Part shown: positions 24,608 through 37,228 of the stretch, in pieces
How the letters are laid out: every line of letters begins with the position of its first letter
Numbering within the stretch: the stretch's first letter is position 1
Made by a program: the position numbers and the translations under genes
Assembly (NCBI RefSeq): GCF_009914755.1
Contig: NC_060927.1
Strand: one strand, 5' to 3'
From: the human T2T-CHM13v2.0 reference genome, Homo sapiens
Length of the DNA: 64,000 nt
Notes under the pieces: model-generated
Told to the model about the DNA's origin: nothing
Databases searched by the model: none
Seen by the model: only the letters and a program-made list of their open reading frames with translations

Positions 24608-25279
24608 AGAAGCATGAAATATTGAAACATGAATGAGAATTGTGCATCAGGCACTGTGTTCAGGTCTGTTTTCTTATACCTTAGAGTAAAATAGACTGTA
24701 GTGGTATCTTGTGATTAAATTGTGCTTTGTGTAGATAATGGGGTTAAACACTTAGGAGAATAAACATATATGGCAAATTATTAGATCATTCAGTCTTCAA
24801 TTCTGGCAGGTGAGAATAAAAATAAAATAGGTAGTGTCTATTGTTTAGGTTTATTCTGTATACTGGTAGCATACATAAAATAATTGTTTAAAGCTTAGCA
24901 TTATAGTTGTGTACGTGTATGTCTCCATTTCTAGAAGATGAACTACTTCAAGGCAGAAAATGCACCTGATTTATATTTGTATCTCTTATATTTCCTTATA
25001 TGTGCATAGTCAACACTGTAGGCTATGAAATTGTACTGAATCTTGAAAGAGTTCTGCTGGTTAAACCTGTGTTTAATGGAGGCTCTTCTATAAAATTCTT
25101 GACTAATAGAACTAATTCTTTACTTATGAGAGACCTATTCTTTTTAAAAGAAGCCATCCCATTTTTGAGTTGCCATATTTATGGGAAAATACCACTTTAA
25201 TTTAAATGAAAACACATCTTGTTATAATTTTGATTTGACGTATTGTTTGAGTACTCACCACAGACAAGGCATTTTTAGT

Positions 25280-26460
25280 TTACCTGCTAGTCCTCATTTG
25301 ACCTTCTGGATCTACCCAGAATAAATCTAAATCCCCTTCCTTTCAAATAGTTGAAGTCTGCTATTACGGTCTCCTGAGTTTTTTCTTATCAAGCCTATCT
25401 TTCTCAGGTTTTTAAATCATTTTTCTTATGACTTATTTTTCAGACTAATTGCTATTCAGTTCATCTTTGAAAGAATCCTACTTTGAAAGTCTCCCTTAAA
25501 AAGGAATACTCAGTTCAGAGCAAAATCTTCTAGCTGAGGTCTGAGCAATGTATAGGAGTTGGTTACCAAGGCTGCCCTGTAGTTGTGTATATTGTGTGCT
25601 CTGTGAGAGTGCCTGAAAAAGGAGGAAAAGGTATGCTAACTTCCAGCCTGCACTCCAACCCACCAAGTCACATGCCTTGGCTCAGGGTTTTGTCTTTGCA
25701 CGGGAAGGGCCTCCATTTTTTTTTTTTTTTTTTTTTTTTTTAGCAGAAAGGCATCATATGGGTTTGTCAATATAAAATCTATTACTCTGATTCTCACCTT
25801 GCTTAGCTCTTAGACTCTGAACGTCTTTATAATACAGCATAAGATTTCCTATGCGGTTTTGGCAATCATATCATATCATTTTGGCAATCATATCATTTGT
25901 GCAGTATCATGACCCTGTAGCTAACTAAAGTTTCCGGGTCTTATTTATATGAGCTTCTGTTAATCCAAATTTCTTCTATTGTACCTGACATTGATATATG
26001 TCGTTGAAAAGGATAACAACTTTCTGCAATTTGTACAGATTTTCTTCCACATTGACTTGAGGTCATTAATTAATACTCTTTGAAAATATTTTTTTCAACC
26101 AGCCATTAGTCCATCTTACTATTAGTCATTTCTCTCTCTTCTTTAAAAGCATATCTTGAAACAGTAAAATCTTTCACTGAGCTTCTTGTTTTATGTTTAT
26201 AGTACTTTCCTGAGTTGACCAGGCTTAGCAACTATATCTAGGCAAACCAATGCTAATTTTGATAATCACTTCTTTTGAAGCATCTACAATTTATTTAATA
26301 TGCATATTAAAATTGTATTGAGGCTTGATATCAAGGTCAGCAATTTCTGGAGTCTGTGTTTTTTTTTCCATTTCTCATTTCCCGTTTATTTTGAAAACCA
26401 GAACATTCATTTCTTTCTGAGCACCTGGCATCTTTCCTATTCTCTTTAAATCTTCTTGGG
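25280..26460 (-). mobile_element. Ancient L3/CR1 LINE remnant (interrupted)
   Basis: Weak similarity to recalled CR1 minus strand (tagctgaggtctgagcaatg, tcaaggtcagcaatttctggag); boundaries approximate. Confidence 0.4.
25568..25770 (+). mobile_element. MER91A-like (hAT-Tip100) with expanded poly-T
   Basis: aggctgccctgtagttgtg..ttccagcctgcactcc..ccaagtcacatgccttggc..gcagaaaggcatcatatggg. Confidence 0.65.
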
Positions 26461-27099
26461 GATTCTGTGAAGATGACTGCATTTATCACTCATTTTGTCC
26501 ACCTATCCCTCTTAACTTCTCTTTGGAGCATCACAATAACCAATGTAAGAAGACTAGAGGAAACTTGAGGGTATGTCTGTGATTCCACATTCTCCAGAGA
26601 GTTCTAGGAAGAAAGCAGGTACAAAGCTTCCTTCTCAAAGATATTGGTCAAGAATCAAGAAGTAAGCAACAGAAAAGACTTGCTTTACCTTAATTATTGG
26701 GTGGGTCGAGATGATGACTTTTGAGATTTTGTGAGGAGCCCACACCTTCCTGCCTGCTGCTTTTGCTCTTCGCAGGGTTCCCTATCCTGCTGGATCAATT
26801 TAAACATAGTGTTTTACTACATGGGAAGGCTGAATGTCTTCCAGTCATCACATGTAAAAGAGGAACGTTACCTGTACAATAAAAAACTTGATGTTAGAAA
26901 GGAACCATTCCCACATCCCAGGAGAAGAACAAGCTCATTCACAGCTGGCCTAACAACATAAGATATACGCCTTCTATTGACTCATGGGTTCCCTCTGCGT
27001 GAGAAAATCCAACAGCTTAATCTCTGCAAGTTACTGTGGGAGCACTCAACAGTGAGAAGAAAAGCAAAATTTCAGCTCTGAGAGGAAGACTAAGCAGAC

Positions 27100-27490
27100 T
27101 AATTCAGTCAGGATATACTAGACTTTGCTGCAATAACAAATGACCCCAAAAACTAAATAGCTTAAAATAAGATTAATTCTCACTCAAGGTCCATGTTCAC
27201 TGTTCACCAAGGGTTGCCTGGAGGGCTCTTCTCCATGGCATTAGCATCCTTACTACAGATTCAGGGTGATAGAAAAGCCACTTACTGGAACAATGGTGGT
27301 TGCTCTGACAGAGAGAAAATTTGACATATGCACTGGCTCTTAAAGCTTCTGCCCTGAAGTTACATGCAACACATTTCTCACGTTTTAATGGCAAAATCAA
27401 GTCACCCTTAACTTCACATGCATAAGAAGTGCAATGTCACTATGCTGATGAAAAGAGAAAGAACTAAAATTATGTAAACAGCCAAATGAA
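27100..27490 (-). mobile_element. MLT1J/K-like MaLR LTR
   Basis: agtcaggatatactagactttgctgcaataacaaatgacccc..ggctcttaaagcttctgccctgaagt. Confidence 0.7.
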
Positions 27491-27599
27491 GCACTTGAAA
27501 ATGTTTTTCTATTGATATGGAAATAATAGAATTGACACATGGAAACTTTACCAAAAAAGTAAGATGATTTAAAGGACATGCAGTTAGAATTCTTACATT

Positions 27600-28390
27600 C
27601 TAGAATTAATTAAAAATGCTTTGCAAATTTAAAAATTCAATAGACAATTTGAAAGGAAAATAGTCTCTTCTGAGATTCCTGGAAGATCAAATATATGGAT
27701 TATCTCACAGCATAGAGCAAAAATACAAAGGAGCAAACATTTGAGTGAAAAATGTAAGAGACAGACGATAGTTCCAAGACACTTAAATTGCAAATAAAAA
27801 AATTTTCCAGGAGGAAAAAAGAAGCAGATTGAGGAGCAACAATAATTAAAACAAACAAACAAACAAACAAGAAAAGCTCTTTGATATAAAGAAAGACTTG
27901 AAATTTCTGTTTGAAAACTTTCAAGGTCCAGAAAGTTTCCCTGAAGAAAAAAATTGTGTGTACACAGATATATATATGTATATATATATGCACACTCATA
28001 TATCTAACATATTTATACACATGTGTACATAAACGTGTGAATACATATATAGATATATTTATAGGTATGTTGGTATGTGTACACTGGAGTTACACATACA
28101 TAGGATATGTCTGTATATGTGTTGGGGGATATATATATGCAAGAGTATACATAGATAGACATATCTATTTTCTGGTGAAATCCTGGAAGGACAAAGAGAC
28201 CAAGAAATTTTCTAAGCTTCCAGAGAGAAAATATATTTCATTTAGGGAAAGAGAATCAGACCAGCACTATCTTGTAACCACTGAAGTTAGAACAATGGAA
28301 TATCTAGGAGTTATTGAGGGGAAGAGGAACAGCCTGAAATCCCGTCTGATATTTCACTTACCTGAATGGGAAAACTTCAGAGGGCATGCC
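27600..28390 (+). mobile_element. Ancient L1M fragment containing a (TA/CA)-rich low-complexity tract (27955-28170)
   Basis: A-rich ORF1-like sequence, continues beyond the L1PA at ~33140-34090; the 189-aa ORF overlaps the microsatellite and the L1PA tail. Confidence 0.5.
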
Positions 28391-28396
28391 ATTCTT

Positions 28397-31300
28397 TTTT
28401 TCTTCATCTTTTATTTTAAGTTTAGGGATGTGCAGGTTTGTTACATAGGTAAACATGTACCGTGGTGGTTTGCTGAATAGATAATTCCATCACCTACGAA
28501 TTAAGCCCAGCACCCATCTGCTATTCTCCCTAATACTTTCCCTCCCCTCATGTCCACCTTCCTACAGGCCCCAGTGTGTGTTATTCCCCACCTCATGTGT
28601 CCATGTGTTCTCATCATTCAGCTCCCACTTATAAAAGAGAACATGCAGCACTTGGTTTTCTGTTCCTGTGCTAGTTTGCTGAGGATAATGGCTTCCAACT
28701 CCATCCATGTCCCTGCAAAGTACATGATCTCATTCCTTTTTATAGCTGCATAGTATTTCATAGTATTTAATGGCTTCCATCTCCATCCATGTCCCTGCAA
28801 AGTACATGATCTCATTCCTTTTTATGGCTGCATAGTATTTCATAGTATTTAATGGCTTCCATCTCCATCCATGTCCCTGCAAAGTACATGATCTCATTCC
28901 TTTTTATGGCTGCATAATGTTTCATGGTGTGTATGTATCACATTTTATTTATCCAGTCTATCATTGATGGGCATTTAGGTTGATTCCATGTCTTTGCTAT
29001 TGCAAATAGTGCTTCAGTGAACATACACGTGCATGTATCTTTATAATAGAATGATTTATGTTCTTTTGGGTACATACTGAATAATGGGATTGCTGGGTCA
29101 AATGGTATTTCTGGTTCTAGGTCTTTCAGGAATCACCACACTGTCTTCCACAGTGGTTGAACTAATTTACATTCCCACCAACAGTATAAAAGTGTTCCTA
29201 TTTCTCCATGGTCTTGCCAGCATTTGTTGTTTCTTGACTTTTTGATAGTAGCTGTTCTGACTGGCATGACATGGTATCTCATTGTGGTTTTCTTTTTTTG
29301 GTTGTATCTCTGCTAGGTTTTGGTATCAGGATGATGTTGTCCTCATAGAATGAGTTAGGGAGGAGGAGTCTCTCCTTTTCTATATTTTGGAATAGTTTCA
29401 GTAGGCATGGTACTACCTCTTCTTTGTATCTCTGGTAGAATTCAGCTGTAATCCATCTGGTCCTGGGATTCTTTTTTTTTTTTTTTCCTTTTTGGTTGGT
29501 AGGCTCTTTATTCCTGCATCAATTTTAGAACTCGTTATTGTTCTATTCAGGGATTTAATTTCTTCCTGGATCAGTCTTGGGAGGGTTTATGTGTCTAGGA
29601 ATTTATCCATTTCATCTATATTTTCTAATTTATGTACATAGAAGTGTTTATAGAGGTGTTTATAGTAGGTTTGATGGCTGTTTGTATTTCTATGTGGTCA
29701 GTGTTTATATCCCCCTTTTTATTTCTGGTTGTGTTTATTTGAATCTTCTATCTTTTCTTCTTTATTATTCTAGCTACAGGTCTATCTATTTTATTAATTT
29801 TTTCAAGAAAATAGTTCCTGGATTCATTGATTTTTTTAAAGGGTTTTTTTGTGTCTCTATATCATTTAGTTCAGCTCTGATATTGGTTATTTCTTGTCTT
29901 TTGCTAGCTTTGGGCTTGGTTTACTTTTGGTCCTCCAGTTTTTTTAGTTGTCATGTTAGGTTGTTAATTGTGATCTTTCTAGCTTTTTGATGCGGGTATT
30001 TAATGCTATAAATTTCCCTCTTAACACTGCTTTAGCTGCATCCCAATGATTCTAGTACATTGTCTCTTTGTTCTCATTAGTTTCAAAGAACTTCTTGATT
30101 TCTGCCTTAATTTCATTATTTACCCAGGAGTCATTCAGGAGCAAGTTGTTCAATTTCTTTGTACTTGTGTGGTTTTGAGTGCATTTCTCAATCTTGAGTT
30201 CTAATTTGATTGCACTGTCATCTGAGAGACTGTTAGTTGTGATTTCAGTTCTTTTGCATTTGCTGAGAGTGTTTTACTTCCACTTATGTGATCAACTTCA
30301 GAGTAAGTGTTGTGTGGTGATGTGAGGAATGTATATTCTGTTGTTTTGGGGTGGAGAGTTCTCTATATATTTACCATGTCCACTTGATCCAGAGCTGAGT
30401 TCAGATCCTGAATATCTTTGTTATTTTTCTGTCTCTATGACCTATCTAATATTGTCAGTGGAGTGTTAAAGTCTCCCACTATTATTTTGTGGAAGTCTAA
30501 GTCTCTTTGTAGGTCTCTGAGAACTTGCTTTATGAATCTGAGTGCTCCTGTATTGAGTGCATATATATTTAGGATAGTTAACTCTTCTTGTTGAATTGAA
30601 TCCTTTAACATTATGTAATGCCCTTGTCTTTTTTGGTCTTTGTTGGTTTAACATCTGTTTTGTCAGAAACTAGGATTGCAACCCTTGCTTTTTTCTGCTT
30701 TCCATTTGCTTGGCAAATTTTCCTCCATGCCTTTATTTTGAGCCTGTGTGTGTCTTTGCATGTAAGATGGGTCTCTTAAAGACAGCATACTGATGGATCT
30801 TGGCTCTCTATCCAGCTTGCCAGTCTGTGTCCTTTAATTGGACATTTAGCCCATTGACATTAAAGGTTAGCATTGTTACGTGTGAATTTGATCCTGTCAT
30901 CATGGTGCTAGCTGGTCATATTGTAGACTTGTTTATGTGGTTGCTTTATTGTGTTACTACTGGTCTGTGTACTTAATTGTGTTTTTGTAGTGGTAACAGT
31001 TTTTCCTTCCCATATTTAGTGCTTCCTTCAAGAGCTCTTGCAAGGCAAGCCTGGTGCTGATGAATTCCCTCAGCATTTCTTTGTCTGAAAAGTTTCTTAT
31101 TTATCCTTTGCTTATGAAGCTTAGTTTGGCCAGATACGAAATTCTTAGTTGGAAATTCTTCTTCTTTTTTTTTTTTAAGAATGTTGAATATTGGTCCCCA
31201 ATCTCTTCTGGCTTATAGGGTTTCCACTGAGAGGTCCAGTATTAGTTTGATGTGCTTTCTTTGTAGGTGACCTGACCTTTCTCTCTGGCTGCCCTTAACA

Positions 31301-33138
31301 TTTTTTCTTTCATTTTGACCTTGGAGAATCTGATGATTACATTTCTTGGGGTTGATCTTCTCATGGAGTATCGTACTGGGGTTCTGTGGATTTCCTGACT
31401 TTGAATGTTGGCCTGTCTTGCTAGGTTGGGGAAGTTCTCCTGGATGATACTCTGAAGTATGTTTTCCAACGTGGTTACATTCTCTCCATCTCTTTCAGGT
31501 ACCCCAGTAAATCAGAAGTTTGGTCTCTTAACATAATCCCGTATTGCTTGGAGGTTTTTTTTTTTTAATTCCTTTTCATTCTATTTTCTGTGTTCTTGTC
31601 TGCTTGTCTTATTTCAGAAAGATGGTCTTTAAGCTCTGAGATTCTTTCCTCTGCTCGGTCTATTCTGCTATTGATACTTGTGATTGCATTGTGAAATTCT
31701 TGTGTTTTTTACCTCCATCAGGTTGGTTATATTTCTCTCTAAACTGGCTATTCTGGCTATCAACTCCTGTATTATTTTATCATGTTTCTTAGCTTCTTTG
31801 CATTGAGTTAGAACATGGTCCTTTAGCTCAGCAAAGTTTGTTATTACCCCCCCTTCTGAAGCCTACTTCTGTCAATTCAGCCATCTCAGCCTCAGCCCAG
31901 TTCTGTGCTCTTGCTGGAGAGGTGTTGCGGTCATTTGGAGGAGAACAGGCACTCTGGCTTTTTGAGTTTTCAGCATTTTTGCATTGATTCTTTCTCATCT
32001 TTGTGGGCTTATCTACCTTCAATATTTGAGGTTGCTAACCTTTGAATGGGGTTTTTGTAGGGTCTTTTTTGTTGACATTATTGTTTCTGTTTGTTTGTTT
32101 TTCTTTTAACAGTCAGGCCACTCTTCCATAGGGCTGCTGCAGTTTGCTGGGGGTCTGCCTCAGACCCTAGTTGCCTCCATTTTTCCCATGCCTGGAGGTA
32201 TCACCAGTGAAGCCTGCAAAACAGCAAAGATGGCACCCTGCTCCTTTTTCTGGAATCTCCGTCCCAGGTGGGTACTGACCTGTTGCTGGCCTGAGTATAC
32301 CTGTAGGAGGTGGCTGGAGACCTATGTTGGGAGGTCTCATCCCATCAAGAGGAATGGGATCAGGGACCTGCCTAAAGAAGCAGTCTGGCTGCTTTTTGTT
32401 AGAGCAAGTGTGCTGTGTTGTGGGGGACCCTTCCTCATCCAGACTGTTTGGATTCTCCAATGCTGGCAGGCTGGAACAGCTGAGTCTACCAAACCACAGA
32501 GGTGGTGGCCAACCCTCCCTCCAGGAACTCGGTCCTGTCTCAAGCCTCCAGCCTGTTGCTGTTGATTGGCTGGAATTCCAAGTTAGAGGGTCTTAACTTA
32601 TGAGTTGCTATAGAAGTGGGGCCTGCAGAACAATGCTTCTTGGCCCCCTGGATTCAGCCCCCTTCCTAGGGATGTGTACAGAGAGATCTCCTGCCTTGCT
32701 GGGGATCCCAGGGCCAGAGTATGTAAAACTCTTGGGTGTCTGTGTGTGCCTGAGCGGGGGCTCTTCTGAGGCTCCACACAGCTCTGTGTATCAGACTCCA
32801 GGTCGTGATGGTGTGAGCTCACGAGGGGATCTCCTGATCCCACGGGTTGCAAAGATCCCTGGAAGAAGCATGGTTTCTCCAGCAGGGTTGCAAAATCACT
32901 TGCCACTTCCTTTGGCTGGGGGTAGGGTTCCTTTGGTTCCATGCCACTTCTGGGTGGGCTGTTGGCCCACCATGCTTTTCTTCATCCTCCATGGGTTGAG
33001 TCAGTGTGTGTAGTCAGTCCCAATGGGAGAACTTAGACACTTCAGTTTAAGGTGCTAAATTCACTTGCCACTTTCATTCCTCTCTGTGAGTGCCACAGAC
33101 CTTAGCTGCTTTGAATCGGCCATCTTGGCCGCTCTCTC
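28397..33138 (-). mobile_element. L1PA10-like LINE-1 with both ends intact and an internal ~1.7-kb ORF2 deletion
   Basis: 5' end GAGAGAGCGGCCAAGATGGCCG (YY1 site), ~1.1-kb 5'UTR, ORF1 remnants (31242-31469 ENFPNLARQANIQ..IIRFSKV), ORF2 EN, 3'UTR and poly-T; TSD tgccatt(c/a)tt at 28387-28396 and 33139-33148. Confidence 0.95.
28686..28925. repeat. 82-bp tandem repeat, ~3 copies, inside the L1
   Basis: Unit start taatggcttcc at 28686, 28768 and 28850. Confidence 0.97.
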
Positions 33139-33439
33139 TGCCATTATTATACTCCGTCTGTAAAAACATTTGGTGAACTAATATGACTAATTGAAAATTG
33201 AACCAATGTAGACATTTCCGGATAGGGGAGACAGTACAATGAGGAGAGATGAAAAGAAAATTTCACAATACATAGTTAAATATTTATTCATCATAATAGC
33301 CCCATAAATTTGGTATTCTTTGCCCAACTTATAGATGAGAAACAGACTTAAAGCTGCCTGGCATTCAGAGTGGAAGAGCTAGGATTCAAACTAAAGCTCT
33401 TTGTGTGCAGAGTCCAAGCTCTTAACCACTTAATCATCT

Positions 33440-33891
33440 TACTTTTCTTGAAGCCTTTGATATGGGGAGAACTGCTTAAATCAAACACAAAACCCAAGAA
33501 CCACAAAAAAAAGATAAACACTTTTTTTGCTGAAAATGTTTGGCAAAAGATATCAAGACAAAGTCTAAAGATCAAAAATAGAGTAGGGAAAATACTTGTA
33601 ACAAATGACAGAACAAAAGTTCATATAATATATAACTCATCTGATCAGACTAAGTGATAAAAAGTAAATGACTAAAGTTGAAAAATAAGCAAAGTACATG
33701 AACAGGCAGTTCACAGAAGAGAAATGCAAATTGCTGGTACCTTTATGGGAAAAAAAAAGATCCCCTATCTCATTTGTAATCTGGGTATCACAAATTAAAA
33801 CAATAATGGACACAATTTTTTATCTGTTTCATTGGTTAAAATAAAAAGCAGGTAGAACATTCATCATATGACTGGTGAGGACTCAGTTTAA

Positions 33892-33949
<58 letters not shown>

Positions 33950-34090
33950 ATTCATATGCTTATAATCATAGTATAAATTTTTACAGTATGAAAAATAACC
34001 TGGTGGCATCTATGAAAATTAAAATTGTACACATCCAGAAAACCCTCTGGGAAACAATTCTTCAGAAGTCACAGCATATTATATTAAAAC
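33440..34090 (+). mobile_element. Ancient L1ME-type ORF2 3' fragment with (TA)n(CA)n at ~33892-33950
   Basis: gcaaagtacatgaacaggcagttcacagaagagaaatgcaaat..caaattaaaacaataatg. Confidence 0.7.
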
Positions 34091-34132
34091 ATTAGTGTAC
34101 TGGTAAATGTTTTACCAGTTGCTCTCCAGAAC

Positions 34133-34222
34133 AAAGGAGAAGAAGGAGGAGAGAAATGATAGGAAGGAAGAGGATGAGGGAGGAAGGAAGGGAAGGAAAA
34201 AAGGAAGGAAGAAAGGAAGAAA
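34133..34222. repeat. GA-rich (GGAA-like) simple repeat
   Basis: ggaaggaagggaaggaaaaaaggaaggaagaaaggaag. Confidence 0.85.
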
Positions 34223-36256
34223 ATCTCGTTGTAGTACTTACCACTGTCCATGCTGTAAATACTCCCATTATGGTCAAGTCCAGGTTACTAATGTGCCATC
34301 CCTAAATGCAGAATTGGGGAGAGATGCACACAATTGGCTGTACTGAGTCTATATGAGTGGGCTCCAGCACGCCACTCCATTAAAATATGTGCATAAGGAC
34401 CTCGATTGCAACATTATCGTGATCCCATAACTATGTCTTCTTCTGTAGTCTCTCTATATGGTTAGAATTGTTAAAAAAAAAAAAAGCACTTAATATTTGT
34501 GTAGTTTTTATAATTCTTATAAGAGTTTTAAAGAATAAAATTCACTATATGTTTTACAGTTACCGCATAAAATATTTCAGTATTTTAGAATCTGATTTAT
34601 TTGGTCCTGGAGTCTCAAACTCAATCAGTCAAGTGCTCTATTACTATTTCCTCATCATCTCTTAGACATTGTAAAGAAATCTGACAGCTCTATTAATAAA
34701 ATGAATCTTTAGCACTTCAAGGTTGCCAAACGAGTGATAGATAACTTCTTTACTAACCTTGGAGGATGTGTGTGTGACTATATTAAGGAAGCTGTCAGGT
34801 TTCCTTTTCTGTTTTAAATGCACTAGAATTCAAGTTCCATGAGGTCAAAAGACCATGTTTGCCTTATGCACCAACATTTTTTTCCAGATGCTGGTGCAAT
34901 TCCTAGCATTTAGACATTAATAAATAATTTAAGTAATCAGCCAGTAAAATAAATAAACGAATATTCTCTTTGTTAATTTTGGCCCTTTTTGTTTGAAAAC
35001 CATCCTGATAGAGAAAATGGCTGCAAAAGAGTGGTCTGGTTTTTTCTTCTATGAACATTAACTGTACTACAATTAGCTAACCTATCTTTTGTTTTTCTTT
35101 TTGGAGTGAGCTTTAAAAAAGGACTCATAGAAGAAAAGGCACTTTTATTTCTTCACAATTTTATCAAAAGTCCTTAGTTCTTTCTCTGCTTTAGCCTTCC
35201 TGAGACTTTGTATGCATTCTTCACCTTGGACATTTTTTCTTTCTTTGTGAAGAGTCTTTGAAAATATAAGCCTATGAGAGATCTGCCTGTGCAGCCACTT
35301 GGTTAGCACTATTTTTTCACAATCCTTTCTTTTAAGGTTCATTTGGATCTTTATGATAATATGATAATTTCCCCCTTTAAGAATCTCCTGCCTCATTTGA
35401 GCCACTTTCCTTTTAAATTTGTCAAGCCGCTTTGCTAGTTCTACTTCTTTTGGTTTGATAAGCAAACCAAAAATCTTTCAGGCTCCTGAGCCTACTAGAC
35501 ATAGGTATCATTAGAGATTGGACAGTTTTTCCTAGTTTTATATCTATCTTTGTTTCTCCACCTCAAAAGCCCTTAGGCTGTCATATATGGGACAGACATT
35601 GCATTGTCTCTTCACAGTTCATGATTTATGTAGTGTTTGCTGAATGCTCACTACATGTCTGTCTGAGTCAGTATTGCCTGTTACAAAGTTCTAGGAAAAA
35701 AAATGTCAAAATATCTAATACAGTGCAGTTCCTTTGGGCACTTAAATAGTATGTGTGTATGTGTGTGTTGTGTACTGTGTAAGGAAAATATTTACATTTT
35801 TTAAAGGAAGAAAGTCTGAAATAGATTGATGTTTAGGTAATTCCAAGTCCTTTTAAAATAGTATAGTATCTGAGCTGTATTTGAGTCAGCTAATCAGGGC
35901 AGCAGCTGTGGAGGCTTGTAGACTGAACTTTAGAGTAATACACACAGCAACTCCTTAAACTTTCAGAACTACTTTCCAAATTAGAAACTAACCTGCAGTG
36001 GTGTCATAAAATTTGTCGTATCTCTAGACTGCCTGTTTTTTCCTTTCTGCAAAGACAATAAAGAGAAGGGCAATCAGGAAACTTGGAAAGAGAAAGAGGG
36101 AATACTCTGTACTAAATAGCAGGCAGACAACAGAGATGTATTTTTTTTGTTAGTGTGAATGTTAGAGAAAGTGAAAACTTAAATATAAGAAAGATCACAT
36201 AGAGTTTAGACACTCATAATGCTGGACAGATGGCTTTGAGCAAAGCGTGTCACCCA

Positions 36257-36305
36257 ACACACGCACGCACACACACACACACACACACACATACACACAC
36301 ACACA
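36257..36305. repeat. (CA)n microsatellite, imperfect
   Basis: Direct inspection. Confidence 0.95.
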
Positions 36306-36888
36306 GCAAAAAACTTAAGGATAGCACGAGGACTAATTAGTTGTGTGTTTGTGATCATGCTTAGATTGCGAAGTGACAAATAACAGTATAAGGTTTGTGG
36401 ATGTGCCACCTAATTGTATCTAGCTGTTTGAATTTCTTTTGCTATTGTTCTTTCTATTGTTTTGGTAAATATAAAGAAAGGTAGTTAGTTGTTTTAATAA
36501 AGAGCTCCATTTTATGAAAAAAACCTTTCCTAAGTGAATGAGTAGGTAATAAATTACCTAAGGAATGATTGCGCTATTTATATCTCTATTTTGGTCCATG
36601 AAGCCATTGCTAAGCCACTACTGTTCAGCTTGCAGCTGAATATCTGAATTGTAACTACATTTTAGAAAGAAATAAATGGCCTCATTATGTAAAGTCATGC
36701 CTATAAAATGACAGTAAACTTCATTATAATTAACTTTTGTACTCTGATTAGGAACATATAAACCTGTCAGAGAATTTTTATCCTGAAATCTGTGACCTAA
36801 ACATTTCATTGTCTGAGCTCAGGGGACAGAACTGGAATCTCTGAAGAATATGGGTTACTCTCTTCTTCACCCATATAAAATGGACATA

Positions 36889-37228
36889 CAGTAGTCTCCG
36901 TTTATCTGCAGGGGATACATTCTAAGACCCCCAGTGGATGCCTGGAACTGCAGATAGTAACAAACCCTATACAGTATATACTATGATTTTTCCTATACGT
37001 ATATACTTATGATAAAGTTTAATTTATAAATTAGGCACAGTAAGAGATTAACAACAATAACTAACCATAAAATAGAACAATCATAACAAAATACTGTAAT
37101 AAATATTATGTAAATGTGGCCTTTCTCTCCAAATATCTTACTGTACTATCCACCCATTTTTGGATTGCAGTTGGCAGTGGGTAACTGAAACCATGGAAAG
37201 CTAAACCACAAATAGTGGGGGACCACTG
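36889..37228 (-). mobile_element. MER44A (TcMar-Tigger MITE)
   Basis: TIRs cagtagtctcc..ggggaccactg; TA target on the left; taaagtttaatttataaattaggcacagtaagagattaac. Confidence 0.9.

Noticed and set aside
27911-28480. Longest ORF in the track (189 aa)
   Set aside because: Runs through a TA/CA microsatellite, old L1M sequence and the L1PA tail; low-complexity I/Y/C/V composition and non-ATG start.
28686-28925. CRISPR-like array
   Set aside because: Head-to-tail units without unique spacers, derived from L1 sequence, in eukaryotic DNA.
32167-33013. Overlapping 90-137-aa ORFs on both strands
   Set aside because: They lie in the GC-richer L1 5'UTR; no recognisable ORF0 or other protein, and stop-poor composition explains them.
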